From positions 672,001 to 736,000 of the forward strand of contig OZ219753.1 in assembly GCA_964291315.2 (NCBI GenBank): a stretch of 64,000 nt of DNA, written 5' to 3'. Shown here in pieces: positions 17,253-27,952 of the stretch. The stretch comes from Candidatus Poribacteria bacterium. GTDB lineage: Bacteria > Poribacteria > WGA-4E > WGA-3G. Position 1 is the stretch's first letter. Each line of letters begins with the position of its first letter. The notes beneath the pieces are model-generated. The model searched no databases. It worked only from the letters and a program-made list of their open reading frames with translations, and had not been told where the DNA came from. Position numbers and translations under genes: made by a program.

Positions 17253-20090
17253 CTATTTGTCAGACGATTTGAGCTCTCCCCAACGCGTCGTGAGCTTACC
17301 CCTCGCAGAGACATCCCCCCGCAGATGCGTCGTCCGTAACGTTGTGCGCACCCCGTCCATAGAGACGTCTTCTATCTGGTAGTAATAGACGGCGTTGGGT
17401 TTCGCAGTGGTATCTGTGTAGGTATAGACGTGCTTCTCGGAGGTCGTGCCGTGTCCCGCAATCAGACCCTTGGTGTTGATAGCCTTGAACTCGCCCGTCT
17501 TGCTCTCACTGCGTAGGATATTGAACCCGGCGTTGTTGAGTTCGGACTGCGTCACCCACGTAATCTCAACGGGGCCCGTCGAGACGTTGCGCACAGGCCG
17601 GAAACTTGAGAGGGAAACGGGTAGCGGACCACCGACCCGATAGCCGGGGGAACTGATATCGTCGCGGTGTCCGTAATACGTCAGCGAGGCCCCTGCTAGG
17701 TTTGACTGCCGCCAAGAGGCTTGCATCAAACCATCATCCGGATTGGAACCGCCTTTATACGTGCGGGTGATAGACATCCGCATCTCACCGCGCTCGGGCA
17801 AATCCCAGGCGTGGGTGCGCACCGTCCCCGATATCTCAATGTTGCCGGCTGTGTCCACAGCCATCAACGCCGAGTCACCGTCTTTGTTGACCTTCGCACG
17901 AAGCTCCAGATGGAAGCCCGCCGCACTCAGCAGCTGCCGACCCCGCATTGTCAAACCCAGAGCACTCCCGTGCTTCTCCTGCAAGTTATAAACGTAGTTC
18001 TCCGCAACATCGTTCGCACCATTGTTCGACACTAGCAGCAACGTCTGATTCGGCGGCAGATACGTGTCCGCAGCAAATGTGAACTTCGCATTGACATACG
18101 AACCCGTCACTGTCCGCTCATTGCGAACCTCTAACTCCCAGCCCGCAAGGTCTATGGTCTCGCTCATAGAGCTGTTGTAGAGTTCTATCCACTGCGCCAA
18201 GTTGCCGCGGGGCCCCGCATCAAACATAATCTCGCTGATGCTCACTTTGCCATCGAAGACGTAGTCATCGTCAGTCGATGCGGTGTTTTTGTCATCCGCG
18301 ATCATACTCACCCCTATGTTCGGATACCCCGGCGTGCCAGGGGAAGTCGCTGTGTCAACCGTTTTATCGCGCCCGCGATCGTAGCCGGCACCCATGAACC
18401 CGAAGGTCATCCAATCGTCTTTGTGAACGCGGTTCGCACGAGACTTCGCCCAATACATGCCCTTCGCATTCAACTGAGCCTCCCGACCGAACGACATACT
18501 CGTAGAGGCGAAGGTATTCATGCTACCGAAGTCCTCAACGTCTCCCGGGGCAGACCACGCTACAAACGGCCACACACTTGTATCGAACTTCTTATCTTCC
18601 ATGCGCTTGAAGAAACCGTTGCCGACGTAGTCCTTGACGTTTGACGGCTTGCCAACGTCATCGGCATGATTCCGCGTGCGCAACAGGATCAAGAACTTGC
18701 CTTCAGCAGGCAGCTTCAGGTCTGTCTCTACCACATACTTGTGTGTGGCACCCTTTTTGATATGCGTTTTCGCAGAGAGATCCTGAAGTTTTTCACCGCC
18801 AGCGAACCCAACGCTCTTCCCAGGCTCCCGGTTATAGATCACGACATACTCGCCCGGTGTCATCTCGTATTTCGGCAGCACAGCGAGTTTGGTCTCCGTG
18901 AAGTTCGCATCGCCCGACTCGTGATAGCTCCCATCAGCCTTCATCTTCCCCATCACCAGGCTCAACTTATAGTTCTCTATATTCACGGGCTTGGCTTCGG
19001 GATCATCACTGTTATAGAGCAGCTCTATCCAATCCAAGTTCGCACTTGAGGGATCGTTGCGCACCTCGTTGATGATGATGCCTGTGTGAGAGATAGAGGC
19101 AGGGGTCATATTAAACAAGGCTGCACCCGGGCCACCCGGATTAAGCGAGTGAACTTCCCCCGGACTCCCTTTATAATTACCTGAGAAGTAACTATAGCGA
19201 TATTTAGAGGCTTCCCAGGAGCTTGCTTCGTTGCCTTCCCCGAGCCCTTTTAGTTTTCCACCTTCCACTTTATACGCCATACCCGTGTCATCTAGATCGA
19301 TCTTGCGATACATGGAGACCATCGCATTGTCAGGATCCCCGGTATCCCTATCGGTAGGTAGATCAATCTCAGTGGTAGAAGGATCAGCATCGGGCTCACC
19401 ATCGGCAGTATCGCCATCCGCACCTTTCAGCTCCCACGGGTTACCAAAACGATCGATCGTGGCGACGCGATCCAAAACAACAAACTTGCGGTCATCTGTG
19501 CCCGTATCATCATCATCGTCCCACATGAACGTCTGACCCGGTTCGGGGACAGCGGCTTTGTCTAAACGGGGATGCGTGCGCCATCTGATATAATCGTTGG
19601 CTTTCAAAGCGACGCCAGCGTTATAGAGTTCAAACCATTGGGCACCGGTTCTGCGCGGGAAATCCGTTCCCCAATTCACCTCGGTGATGACGATGCGGTG
19701 CTTCATCTTCATCAGATCCGCATCTGACGCGTCGGCTTTTAGGGTATGCTTGTCAGCTCCATCGGCGGTAATTTCGGCTGCTAGCGGCACCCGCATTGAG
19801 ATTGTGATTGCGCCGCCGCGCACCAGTAAATCCTTCAGGTCTGCCAAATCAGTGACCTCCCGCGCGTGTACAGCGTTATCTATACGCACGTTAGCAGCAA
19901 CGCTCTGGTTACCGGCACCGAGACCCCTATCCTTCATAATGAGCGTAAAGCCCTTGGATTTCTTGAGTTCAGTCCAAGTCTTATAGTCATTGCCAGTTAT
20001 AACAGGTACGGTGATACCAAAAGCGTGTGTGGTTGCAAAGACAAACATGAGCCCTAAGACTACGAAAATTCTGATTTTATTCCATAACAT
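17253..20090 (-). CDS. Secreted lamin-tail-domain surface protein (paralogue 1)
   Basis: Same architecture as 14432-17164 with a near-identical C-terminal ~130 aa. Confidence 0.85.
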   Translation of the reverse strand: MLWNKIRIFVVLGLMFVFATTHAFGITVPVITGNDYKTWTELKKSKGFTLIMKDRGLGAGNQSVAANVRIDNAVHAREVTDLADLKDLLVRGGAITISMRVPLAAEITADGADKHTLKADASDADLMKMKHRIVITEVNWGTDFPRRTGAQWFELYNAGVALKANDYIRWRTHPRLDKAAVPEPGQTFMWDDDDDTGTDDRKFVVLDRVATIDRFGNPWELKGADGDTADGEPDADPSTTEIDLPTDRDTGDPDNAMVSMYRKIDLDDTGMAYKVEGGKLKGLGEGNEASSWEASKYRYSYFSGNYKGSPGEVHSLNPGGPGAALFNMTPASISHTGIIINEVRNDPSSANLDWIELLYNSDDPEAKPVNIENYKLSLVMGKMKADGSYHESGDANFTETKLAVLPKYEMTPGEYVVIYNREPGKSVGFAGGEKLQDLSAKTHIKKGATHKYVVETDLKLPAEGKFLILLRTRNHADDVGKPSNVKDYVGNGFFKRMEDKKFDTSVWPFVAWSAPGDVEDFGSMNTFASTSMSFGREAQLNAKGMYWAKSRANRVHKDDWMTFGFMGAGYDRGRDKTVDTATSPGTPGYPNIGVSMIADDKNTASTDDDYVFDGKVSISEIMFDAGPRGNLAQWIELYNSSMSETIDLAGWELEVRNERTVTGSYVNAKFTFAADTYLPPNQTLLLVSNNGANDVAENYVYNLQEKHGSALGLTMRGRQLLSAAGFHLELRAKVNKDGDSALMAVDTAGNIEISGTVRTHAWDLPERGEMRMSITRTYKGGSNPDDGLMQASWRQSNLAGASLTYYGHRDDISSPGYRVGGPLPVSLSSFRPVRNVSTGPVEITWVTQSELNNAGFNILRSESKTGEFKAINTKGLIAGHGTTSEKHVYTYTDTTAKPNAVYYYQIEDVSMDGVRTTLRTTHLRGDVSARGKLTTRWGELKSSDK

Positions 20091-20741
20091 TACGTTTGTT
20101 CTCCTCTGTTATTGATATTGGTTAAATATAGACACGATGAGAGATGACCGCAGAGATAGCGGCCCCATTCTCGCTTACTTACACGTCAACTTTATCCTGA
20201 GGGAACCCCCTCAGATCTATTGATGTTAAGGCGTAACGGAGATTCTGCTGGAAACCTCCTGATTTCAACCTCCTTGTTCTCGCGCGTTAAATAGCAGTGC
20301 CAAAACTTCCTAAACTGTGTGCAAACAGAACAACAGAATAAAACAAAAACATATGAAAAGAATAGAACTACTGCTTCTTTTGCTATAGAATGGGGGTGGC
20401 TCCTGCCTATCTTCCGCTGCGGGAGGCTCTTTTGCCGGTGTGAGATCTCGTGCTGTTGGGTCAGCTGGCAAGCAGGCGCAAAGCGGGTAACATGGTAGAG
20501 CGAGGATATATTTTGTGATAGAGGGGATAAAACACTTATTGTGTGTGGAGTGGGGGGGGTAATCGCTAATAACCACAACAACAGCAGAGCTTAGGCGATA
20601 TAATGGGCACTGAATATCCGAGAGGGGGCTAAGCCTCTCTGACTTCATGATTCTGGAGGGAGTGTCTAAAGCTTTCATATGTCGCATAGATTACAAATTC
20701 ATTTTTGGACTATTTCGCCCTCTCTTTTCTACGATATATTA

Positions 20742-20771
20742 AATATATCTTAAAACGCACCTCAATGTCAA
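20742..20771 (-). promoter_or_regulatory. Candidate sigma-70 promoter for the surface-protein genes
   Basis: Minus strand TTGACA-N18-TATATT with an A/T-tract upstream; implies a ~650-nt leader. Confidence 0.45.
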
Positions 20772-21053
20772 GTTTTTTTATAAAAAAATCGGGGACACCT
20801 TTTTGACTATCATCCACTAAAATGTCAGATAGAGAATAGACAACCTCGCTCGGATGCAGATCTCACAGACGACCGGGTTTCTTTGACACGGCGTACTTTG
20901 CAAACCGCTGCAGACCATACGTTTTGTTGACGCAAAAACGTATATTTGGCAAAAGAGTGATACAATATATATTTATGCTCGATTTTTGAGTTTGTGAGAG
21001 AGGCTTTGCCAAATCTCTCTCACTTTAGGAATTTGAGGCAATTAGTTGAAGGT

Positions 21054-22541
21054 TTACCAGTCTTCGACCAGTTGCACTAACAGTCGTACCCCGTAGCCCG
21101 AAGCACCTTCTGGAATATAACTTGATCCCTTCATGCCCCAAGCCGTCCCCGCAATATCAAGATGGACCCACGGATAACCCTCGGCAAATTTTTTCAAGAA
21201 TGCGCCGCCTGCAATTGTGCCAGCTGTTCCGTCTCCGATATTTTGGACATCCGCGATCTTGCTTTTAACGCCTGCGTCGTAATCATCCCAGAGCGGCAGT
21301 TCCCAGACGCGTTCGTGTGTCTTTATCGCAGCGGATTTCACCTTTGCCATTAGTTCTGGGTTCGTGGTCATTGCTCCAGCAGCGATATGTCCTAAGCAGG
21401 TAATCACAGCTCCGGTGAGCGTTGCTAAGTCAATAACGCCTTTAGGATTATACTGTGCTGACCAACCGAGGGCATCTGCTAACACCAAGCGTCCCTCTGC
21501 GTCTGTATTGAGAATTTCGATTGTTTTTCCGCTGTAGGAAGTAACAACGTCCCCGGGCTTAATAGCTGTTCCGCCGGGCATGTTCTCCGTGGCAGCAATT
21601 GCACCGATCACATGCACATTCGGCTTGAGTTGACCGATCACCTGCATTGCTCCTATCACTGCAGCAGCACCCGACATATCATGTTTCATCTCGTGCATAC
21701 CACCCCCGGATTTCAAGGAAATTCCCCCTGTATCAAAGGTAATTCCTTTCCCAAGCAGCATGACAGTATCTTGCCCTTCACCGTCTGGAACGTATTCAAG
21801 GATAATAAATCGAGGTTCTTCAACGCTGCCTTGTGATACAGCAAGGAGAGTTCTGAACCCTTTTTCTGCCAATGTTGCTTTGTCAAAAATTTCACAATTG
21901 ATTCCTGTTACCCCTGCCACTACTGCGGCCTTTTCGGCGAGCTGCGTGGGTGTAAGGTGGTTCCCCGGTTGATTGCTTAAATCACGGGCGAGGAGGGTTC
22001 CATTGGCTATCACCTCCGCACGTTGAACAGCGTCTTCTATCGTTGCTCGGTTCTGCTCATTTTCAACCAAAAACGTGATGGATTCGATCTTTTTCTTTTC
22101 ATCGTCAACACTGCTATCGGTTTTATGCTCATTAAATTGATAGAGCGAAAGGATGCATGCCTCTGTAGCCGCTTGGATCATCTCCGGCGTGGTTTCGGCA
22201 GGGATAGGAATTGTCACAGTTCTTAAGCCCATGTCTCGGATCTTCCGTGCAGCGTGTCCTGCTGCCTGACGGACTTGCTCGGTAGTGAGATCGTGGTATT
22301 CGCCTAAACCTACTAATAGCACGCGGGGTGTACTTATGACCCTGTTTGTATAAAGCCAACTTGTTGTTTTATGTTTGCCCGTGAAGTCCCCAAGGTTTAT
22401 GAGTTCACGAATGCGTCCGCCGATGGCCTGCTCTATATTTTGAAGAGGCGCGCTGTAGAAATCAGGGTTTTCCAGTACACCTATGGCAATAACATCGCTC
22501 TGCTCTTGAGCAACTCCGCCTGTTTTGACAGTAATGTTCAT
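21054..22541 (-). CDS. pepA: Leucyl aminopeptidase (M17)
   Basis: GKGITFDTGG, MKHDMSGAA, NTDAEGRL, DLATLTGA, WVHLDIAGT. Confidence 0.96.
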   Translation of the reverse strand: MNITVKTGGVAQEQSDVIAIGVLENPDFYSAPLQNIEQAIGGRIRELINLGDFTGKHKTTSWLYTNRVISTPRVLLVGLGEYHDLTTEQVRQAAGHAARKIRDMGLRTVTIPIPAETTPEMIQAATEACILSLYQFNEHKTDSSVDDEKKKIESITFLVENEQNRATIEDAVQRAEVIANGTLLARDLSNQPGNHLTPTQLAEKAAVVAGVTGINCEIFDKATLAEKGFRTLLAVSQGSVEEPRFIILEYVPDGEGQDTVMLLGKGITFDTGGISLKSGGGMHEMKHDMSGAAAVIGAMQVIGQLKPNVHVIGAIAATENMPGGTAIKPGDVVTSYSGKTIEILNTDAEGRLVLADALGWSAQYNPKGVIDLATLTGAVITCLGHIAAGAMTTNPELMAKVKSAAIKTHERVWELPLWDDYDAGVKSKIADVQNIGDGTAGTIAGGAFLKKFAEGYPWVHLDIAGTAWGMKGSSYIPEGASGYGVRLLVQLVEDW

Positions 22542-22554
22542 AAATTCCTCTTTA

Positions 22555-22851
22555 TTATTTTAAATAGAAATATAATTTCAACTTGTTCGCATTACCGGTC
22601 AAGACAACTAGTAGTGCTTTGCCCGTAACGGTAATCGACTGGTAGGTATTCGCAGACACGTTTATGCGGTCCGCTGCTTTGACAGTTTCATTTGAGTTTT
22701 CAATTTCCATATCTGCTGTGTCAGATGGGATGCAGACGACTTCATCTTGCGTGTAGATATAGTCGAGATAGGTGCCGTCCAGGTGCCCGTTCCACTCGTA
22801 AGCATCAAAACCTTCATGTTGCAACCGTTGCTTTAAAGCCTCTACATCCAC
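22555..22851 (-). CDS. Small cupin-fold-like protein, metal ligands apparently lost (possibly decaying)
   Basis: LQHEGFDAYEW...DEVVC...DRINVSANT resembles small cupins but lacks the His ligands. Confidence 0.45.
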   Translation of the reverse strand: MDVEALKQRLQHEGFDAYEWNGHLDGTYLDYIYTQDEVVCIPSDTADMEIENSNETVKAADRINVSANTYQSITVTGKALLVVLTGNANKLKLYFYLK

Positions 22852-22993
22852 ATACTGTTCCGGCTAGCGCGATTTCCAATCCATAGCGCGTCTCCTTGAT
22901 TTAGTTTCGGAAAAAGATTCTGTGAATTACATTATATTTTTATGGCACAAACCCTTCTTAACCGCGAACCAAAAAAATAATAACTAACTAAAA

Positions 22994-25699
22994 CTAAAGT
23001 GGTTCTAGGCGGACCGGACACACTTTTAGCTCAGCTGTGTGAGTAACCGGGTCGTAGCCGGAACCAGTTAATAAATTAACCGGTACATCTGCGAAGCTGA
23101 AACTAGCGAAAACTGTGCCGCGCGGTGAACGGTGCGTTGCTTTCACTTTGATAGTGATGCTTCCGCGCGCACTACTCATTTTACACCATTCGCCATCTGC
23201 TATTTTCCATTTCTTGAGGTCCTCCGGATTGACTTCCAACGATTCCTCAGGTAAAAGATAATCAATCCCTTCTGCTCTACCTGTTTGCGTCCGGGTGTGA
23301 TACGACTGCAAACGCCTCCCCGTTGTCAGCCAGATTGGAAACGCTTCGCTAATTGTCTCAGCAGGGTCTCGGTAATGTACATTTGAAAAGATACCACGCC
23401 CGTTGACAAATGTCTTTTTATGGAGTATCGGTGTGCCGGTATGTCCTTTGTGGGGTACGGGCCATTGATACTCGCCTTTCTCAATGCGTTCCCAATCTAG
23501 ACCTGCATAAATAGGCGAAACTCGACAGAGCTCATTGAAAATCGGTTTCGGGGCATCGAAATCAAAACCGTTAAGACCGAGGCGTTGGGCGATTTGACAA
23601 ATAATCCACCAATCCGGTTTTGCTTCACCTGGCGGTGGCACTGCAGCGCGCATCCGCTGGACCCGTCGTTCTGTATTCGTGCAGACCCCATCCGTTTCAC
23701 CCCATGCGGTTGCTGGCAGCACAACATCAGCGAGTTCTGCGGTCTCAGTCAGGAAAATGTCAATAACGACGAGGTGCTCCAGCGAGGCGAGAGCGTGTTC
23801 ACAATGTCGCCGGTCCGGGTCAGAGATCAACGTGTTTTCGCCGTCAATGAGCATTGCGTAGATGCTGTCACCACAGAGCTCCAAAGCAGTAACCTTAGTA
23901 ATACCTTTCTCTAAATCAATTTCTCTGCCGTATTCTGCTTTAAACTTTGCCTGATGCTCAGTATCTGTAACAGACTGGAATCCGGGGTAGTTATTTGGTA
24001 ATGCACCGCTATCCCCTGCCCCTTGGATATTATTCTGTCCGCGCATCGGGTTAATACCAGTTCCCTCTCGCCCGATATTGCCGGTCATCAAGGCAAGATT
24101 GCACAAGCTCTGAACATTCTCAACACCACAGATATGCTCTGTGATTCCTAACGTGTAGTAGATAGCACTCTTATCGGCTCCGCCGTACCACATAGATGCG
24201 GTCTCAATATCTTTTGCGGGCACTCCTGTAATGGTTTCTGCCCACTCCGGGGTCCACTGACTGATGTGCTCAAAGAATTCCTCGAATCCGGTTGTGCGAT
24301 TTTTGATGAATTCTTCATCAATTAAACCTTCGCGAGCGATGACGTGTGCCATTCCCAACAGGAGAGCTGTATCCGAACCGACGCGGAGCGGCAGATAGAG
24401 GTCTGATATTTCTGATAACCCGATGCGTCGTGGATCTGCAACAATCAGTTTTGCCCCGCGGGCAATCGCTTTTTTTAGTCCGGTTGCGGCGACGGGATGG
24501 CACTCGGTCATATTTGTCCCGATACAGAAAATCACGTCCGGTTTTTGCATGTCGATGAGTGGATTAGACATCGCCCCACGTCCGATTGTCGCTGCCAGAC
24601 CGGCAACGGTCGGGGCGTGTCAGGCGCGGCTACAATTGTCGATATAGTTTGTACCAAACCCGGCACGAATAAACTTCTGCATGAGATATGCGGCCTCGGT
24701 GGGTGCGCGCCCAGAAGCAACACCGTAGATGCTATGTCTACCATGTTGTACATTGACCGTGTGGAAACCCTTGGCGGCCCTATCAAGGGCATTATCCCAT
24801 GTAGTCTTGTGCAGTTCCCCATCAGCGCCGCGGATGAGCGGGATTTTCAACCGATCTGGATGTTGAACAAAGTCGTAAGCGAATTGCCCTTTGACACAAA
24901 GTGCCCCCTGATTTGCGGGTCCGTCCATCGCCGGATGAATGCCAACAATCCTCTCATGTTTCGTCAGCACATCAACGGAACACCCGACCCCGCAATATGG
25001 ACAGATTGTCCGTGTTTTGTCAGGGACAGCGTCTTCTATATCGTTAAAGGCGCGGAGTGCTTTTTTGTCAGCAAGTGCCCCGGTCGGGCAAGTCTGGATG
25101 CACTGTCCACAAAAGGTGCAAGCCGAGTCCTTGAGGAGTCTGTCAAACTCGGTTGTAATTTGGGTATGAAAGCCGCGGTTCATGATGTTAATGGCATGGT
25201 CACCTTCTTGTTCAGCACAGACACGGACGCATCGATAACAGGAGATACAGAGGTCATAATCTCTGAGGATAAAAGGGTTGTCGTCATCAGCTTTGCTTGC
25301 GCCAGATGTTGCCCCGGTTATAGGTGGATCGTTAATTTTGTATTTGTCGCGGAGGTCTGCGAGTTCTCTGGAAGCATACCCTCGTAATGGGGATACATCT
25401 ACCTCCCGGTTCTCACTAATAACCATTTCGACAAGCGTTTTTCGGTAAGCCTCTATTGTATGAGTTGTCGTTCTGACTACCATCCCGGGTGTTGCTTTTG
25501 TTGTGCAAGATGGCACAGGATTTCGCGCACCCTCTAGCTCGACAATACAGAGACGACAGCCACCGAAAGGTTCAAGCCTTGGATCATAGCAGAGCGTTGG
25601 AATCTCTTTTTCATGGCGTTGGGCGATCTCAAGGATCGTTTCACCCTCGGAGAAGGGAACTTGAACCTCATCAATTTCGATTTTATGCGTCATGATCAT
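22994..25699 (-). CDS. fdhF: Selenocysteine-containing formate dehydrogenase alpha subunit with N-terminal Fe-S domains
   Basis: ORFs 24620-25699 and 22994-24571 join in frame through TGA 24622-24620: IDNCSRA-U-HAPTVAGL. Has 2Fe-2S, 2x4Fe-4S and CPYCGVGC motifs, RGQNNIQG, TNTERRVQ. Confidence 0.93.
24586..24619 (-). promoter_or_regulatory. SECIS element of fdhF
   Basis: TGA CAC GCC CCG ACC GTTGCC-GGTCT-GGCAGC closely resembles the E. coli fdhF SECIS (UUGCAGGUCUGCA). Confidence 0.85.
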
Positions 25700-25955
25700 G
25701 CTCCAAATACGGAATTAGATGCATGGGTATTCCTATTCTTCAGCGAAATAGGTTTATAGGTGGCAATGCTGGCGCGTAATTTTTAAGGTGTCTATTCCAT
25801 GTAAGGGTTCAGCGATTCTTAGACAGGCATATTACAAATTAATATAACAAAAAATAAAAATCACTATGGTTAATTTAAGGTGTCATTTTTTCCACGTGTT
25901 CGTGGTGCGTTTTGTAAACACGCTAACAAGATATTGCTTGAAAAAACGCTTGATC

Positions 25956-27005
25956 TTAGTCAGTCTCTTTTTCAGTGAAATCGATCTGCGGCACCTTTAA
26001 CTCACCGGCAAGGATTCTCGCTTTTGCCTCTTCAACGGCTTTTTGTACGGGCTCCGGCACCTTGTCTTTCAACGCTGGATTATAGGTAAGTGTGATCGCT
26101 TCATCTGTTACCATGTTGAAAGTATAAATCTGAGGTTTAAATTTTCTGTTTTTAACAATCTCGGCAATTTTTACAAACGCGTTCGGTGTAATCACAGCAT
26201 TTGCGATCACAGTTGTTGGAGATATCGCACTTTTGTCGCGGTTCGCGCCGAACGTGTACACCGTTTTCCCTTCTCTTTGAGCAGTTTCTGCAGCCTCAAA
26301 GGCACCGAGTCCAGCTGCATCCGCGTTCGGAAAGATGAAGTCGACGCCTTCATTAATCTGTGCAAGTGCAAGCTCCTTGCCTTTGCCGATGTCCTCCCAA
26401 TTCCCGACGTATACCCAAGACACCTCTACATCCGGGTTCGCACTCTTTGCGCCGCCTTCAAATGCCATAAACGTGCTATTCACGGATGGAATGTTCTGTC
26501 CACCCATAACACCAAGTTTGTTCGTCTGGGTCATCATGCCTGCAATCATGCCTAAAAGATACGCGGGCTGCTCAACACGAAAGTTGGCTGCTGAGATGTT
26601 ATCGGTGACCGTGCCACCAGACGAGGTAATGAAAATCGTCTCAGGGAAATCCGGGGCTACTGCCTTTGCCGGATCTTGAAACTCATAGCCGTGTCCAAAC
26701 ACCATGTGGTAACCATCCAGTGCATAGGAACGGAATTGTTCTTCCTGATCTGTTGGTGTTCGTGCCTCAGCGTGGCTGATTTTGGCGCTGAGTTGTTTTT
26801 CAATCGCTTTTAGTCCTTCATAAGCCAAAGCGTTCCATCCGGCATCACTGATTGAACCTGGGAGGAGCATAGCGACCTTAAATTTCTCAGAGTCTTTTGC
26901 CTCCAGGTTTATCTGCACAGCAAATATAATCCCTATTGCGAAGAGGCACAGAAATGGCTTGTAGGTTGTAACATTTTTTCGTAACTTGTAAGATAAATGT
27001 TGCAT
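25956..27005 (-). CDS. BMP-family (PnrA/TmpC-like) nucleoside ABC substrate-binding protein
   Basis: PGSISDAGWN, FRVEQPAYLLG, VGNWEDIGKGKE, ADAAGLG. Confidence 0.9.
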   Translation of the reverse strand: MQHLSYKLRKNVTTYKPFLCLFAIGIIFAVQINLEAKDSEKFKVAMLLPGSISDAGWNALAYEGLKAIEKQLSAKISHAEARTPTDQEEQFRSYALDGYHMVFGHGYEFQDPAKAVAPDFPETIFITSSGGTVTDNISAANFRVEQPAYLLGMIAGMMTQTNKLGVMGGQNIPSVNSTFMAFEGGAKSANPDVEVSWVYVGNWEDIGKGKELALAQINEGVDFIFPNADAAGLGAFEAAETAQREGKTVYTFGANRDKSAISPTTVIANAVITPNAFVKIAEIVKNRKFKPQIYTFNMVTDEAITLTYNPALKDKVPEPVQKAVEEAKARILAGELKVPQIDFTEKETD

Positions 27006-27246
27006 GTCGAATTTTTCCTCACTTTATAGATGTGTGTCTATACAATATAGCACTTTTATAGAAAAAAGTAAAGTGAATAATGTAGGCTCAGAGTCATTTG
27101 GTTTTAACAGTCAGCAATCAAGTCGATCAGGGTTGTGTGTCAGCAAACATATCGGATATTTTTTTTCGGACGTTGATTCTATTGGCTTTCCGGACTAACA
27201 TTTGTGCTTATTCCATAAAAAGGCGTAACCTATCACAGAATTGCTG

Positions 27247-27275
27247 TTGACACACTGCGACAAATATCATATACT
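27247..27275 (+). promoter_or_regulatory. Sigma-70 promoter for the downstream ABC operon
   Basis: TTGACA-N17-TATACT. Confidence 0.6.
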
Positions 27276-27335
27276 TTTCAGAAAGCCTATAATATACTAA
27301 CATTTTTTATCTGGCGGTTTCAGCAGTTAATACCA

Positions 27336-27914
27336 ATGAGAAATATGAAAAGTCCTTTTGAAGTCAAGATAAATACAAAAACTCATTTAGTAGTTCAAAG
27401 CGATACAAGACTTTGTTTAGGCGGTGTCGGAGCAAATTTTTATCGTCCGTTTGTCTTTCCGTTCTACACGCTAGCAGGCTATATTGTCGTCCAAGAATTC
27501 GCCTTCGATCATCCGTTCCACAAAGGCATTTTCGTGGGTCAAGGACCGATACAGGTCGGCAAAAGGGAATCAGGTTTCTGGGCCTCACCGCCCGGCCGCT
27601 CCTTTACAGATAGAGTATTTGAGAAAATGGGACGGATGGATCCCCAAAAAGATATCGACATCACTCTACATTCGAATGGTGTCCAGTTCGTTCAAAATGT
27701 CATCTGGCGAGATGAAAACGCAGATCCGTTGATTGATGAAATTCGCAATGTCAATTTTTATAGACTCGCTGATGCCACTGTCTGCGACATGACAAGTGAG
27801 AAGATAGCGTTTTATGGTTTTGCTACATACTCACAGACAAAATTCGGGGGCATCGGTATCCGCGTTGAACCGAGACTTTTGCGTGTTATGGGTGTGAATG
27901 TCCTCCTATTCTGA
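27336..27914 (+). pseudogene. PmoA-like/DUF6807-family protein, probably C-terminally truncated
   Basis: RPFVFPFYT, DHPFHKGIF and KFGGIGIR motifs; ORF ends right after GIGIR, where I expect family members to continue. Confidence 0.5.
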
Positions 27915-27952
27915 AAAACCCTCTGATTCTGTGACTCCTGATTTGGACAACT

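Noticed and set aside
20285-20305. Sigma-54 promoter (TTGGCAC on the minus strand)
   Set aside because: The -12 element reads TTTAA instead of TTGC.
20440-20640. c-di-AMP (ydaO) riboswitch in the long leader
   Set aside because: Only a GCCAGCTGACC fragment resembles the consensus; the GCTGAATCC and GGGGTGAA elements are not found in order.
24571-24622. fdhF as a split pseudogene or two genes
   Set aside because: The TGA is at the canonical Sec position (CxRxUH) and is followed by an fdhF-type SECIS.
24497-25387. 296-aa plus-strand ORF
   Set aside because: Antisense shadow of fdhF with no motifs.
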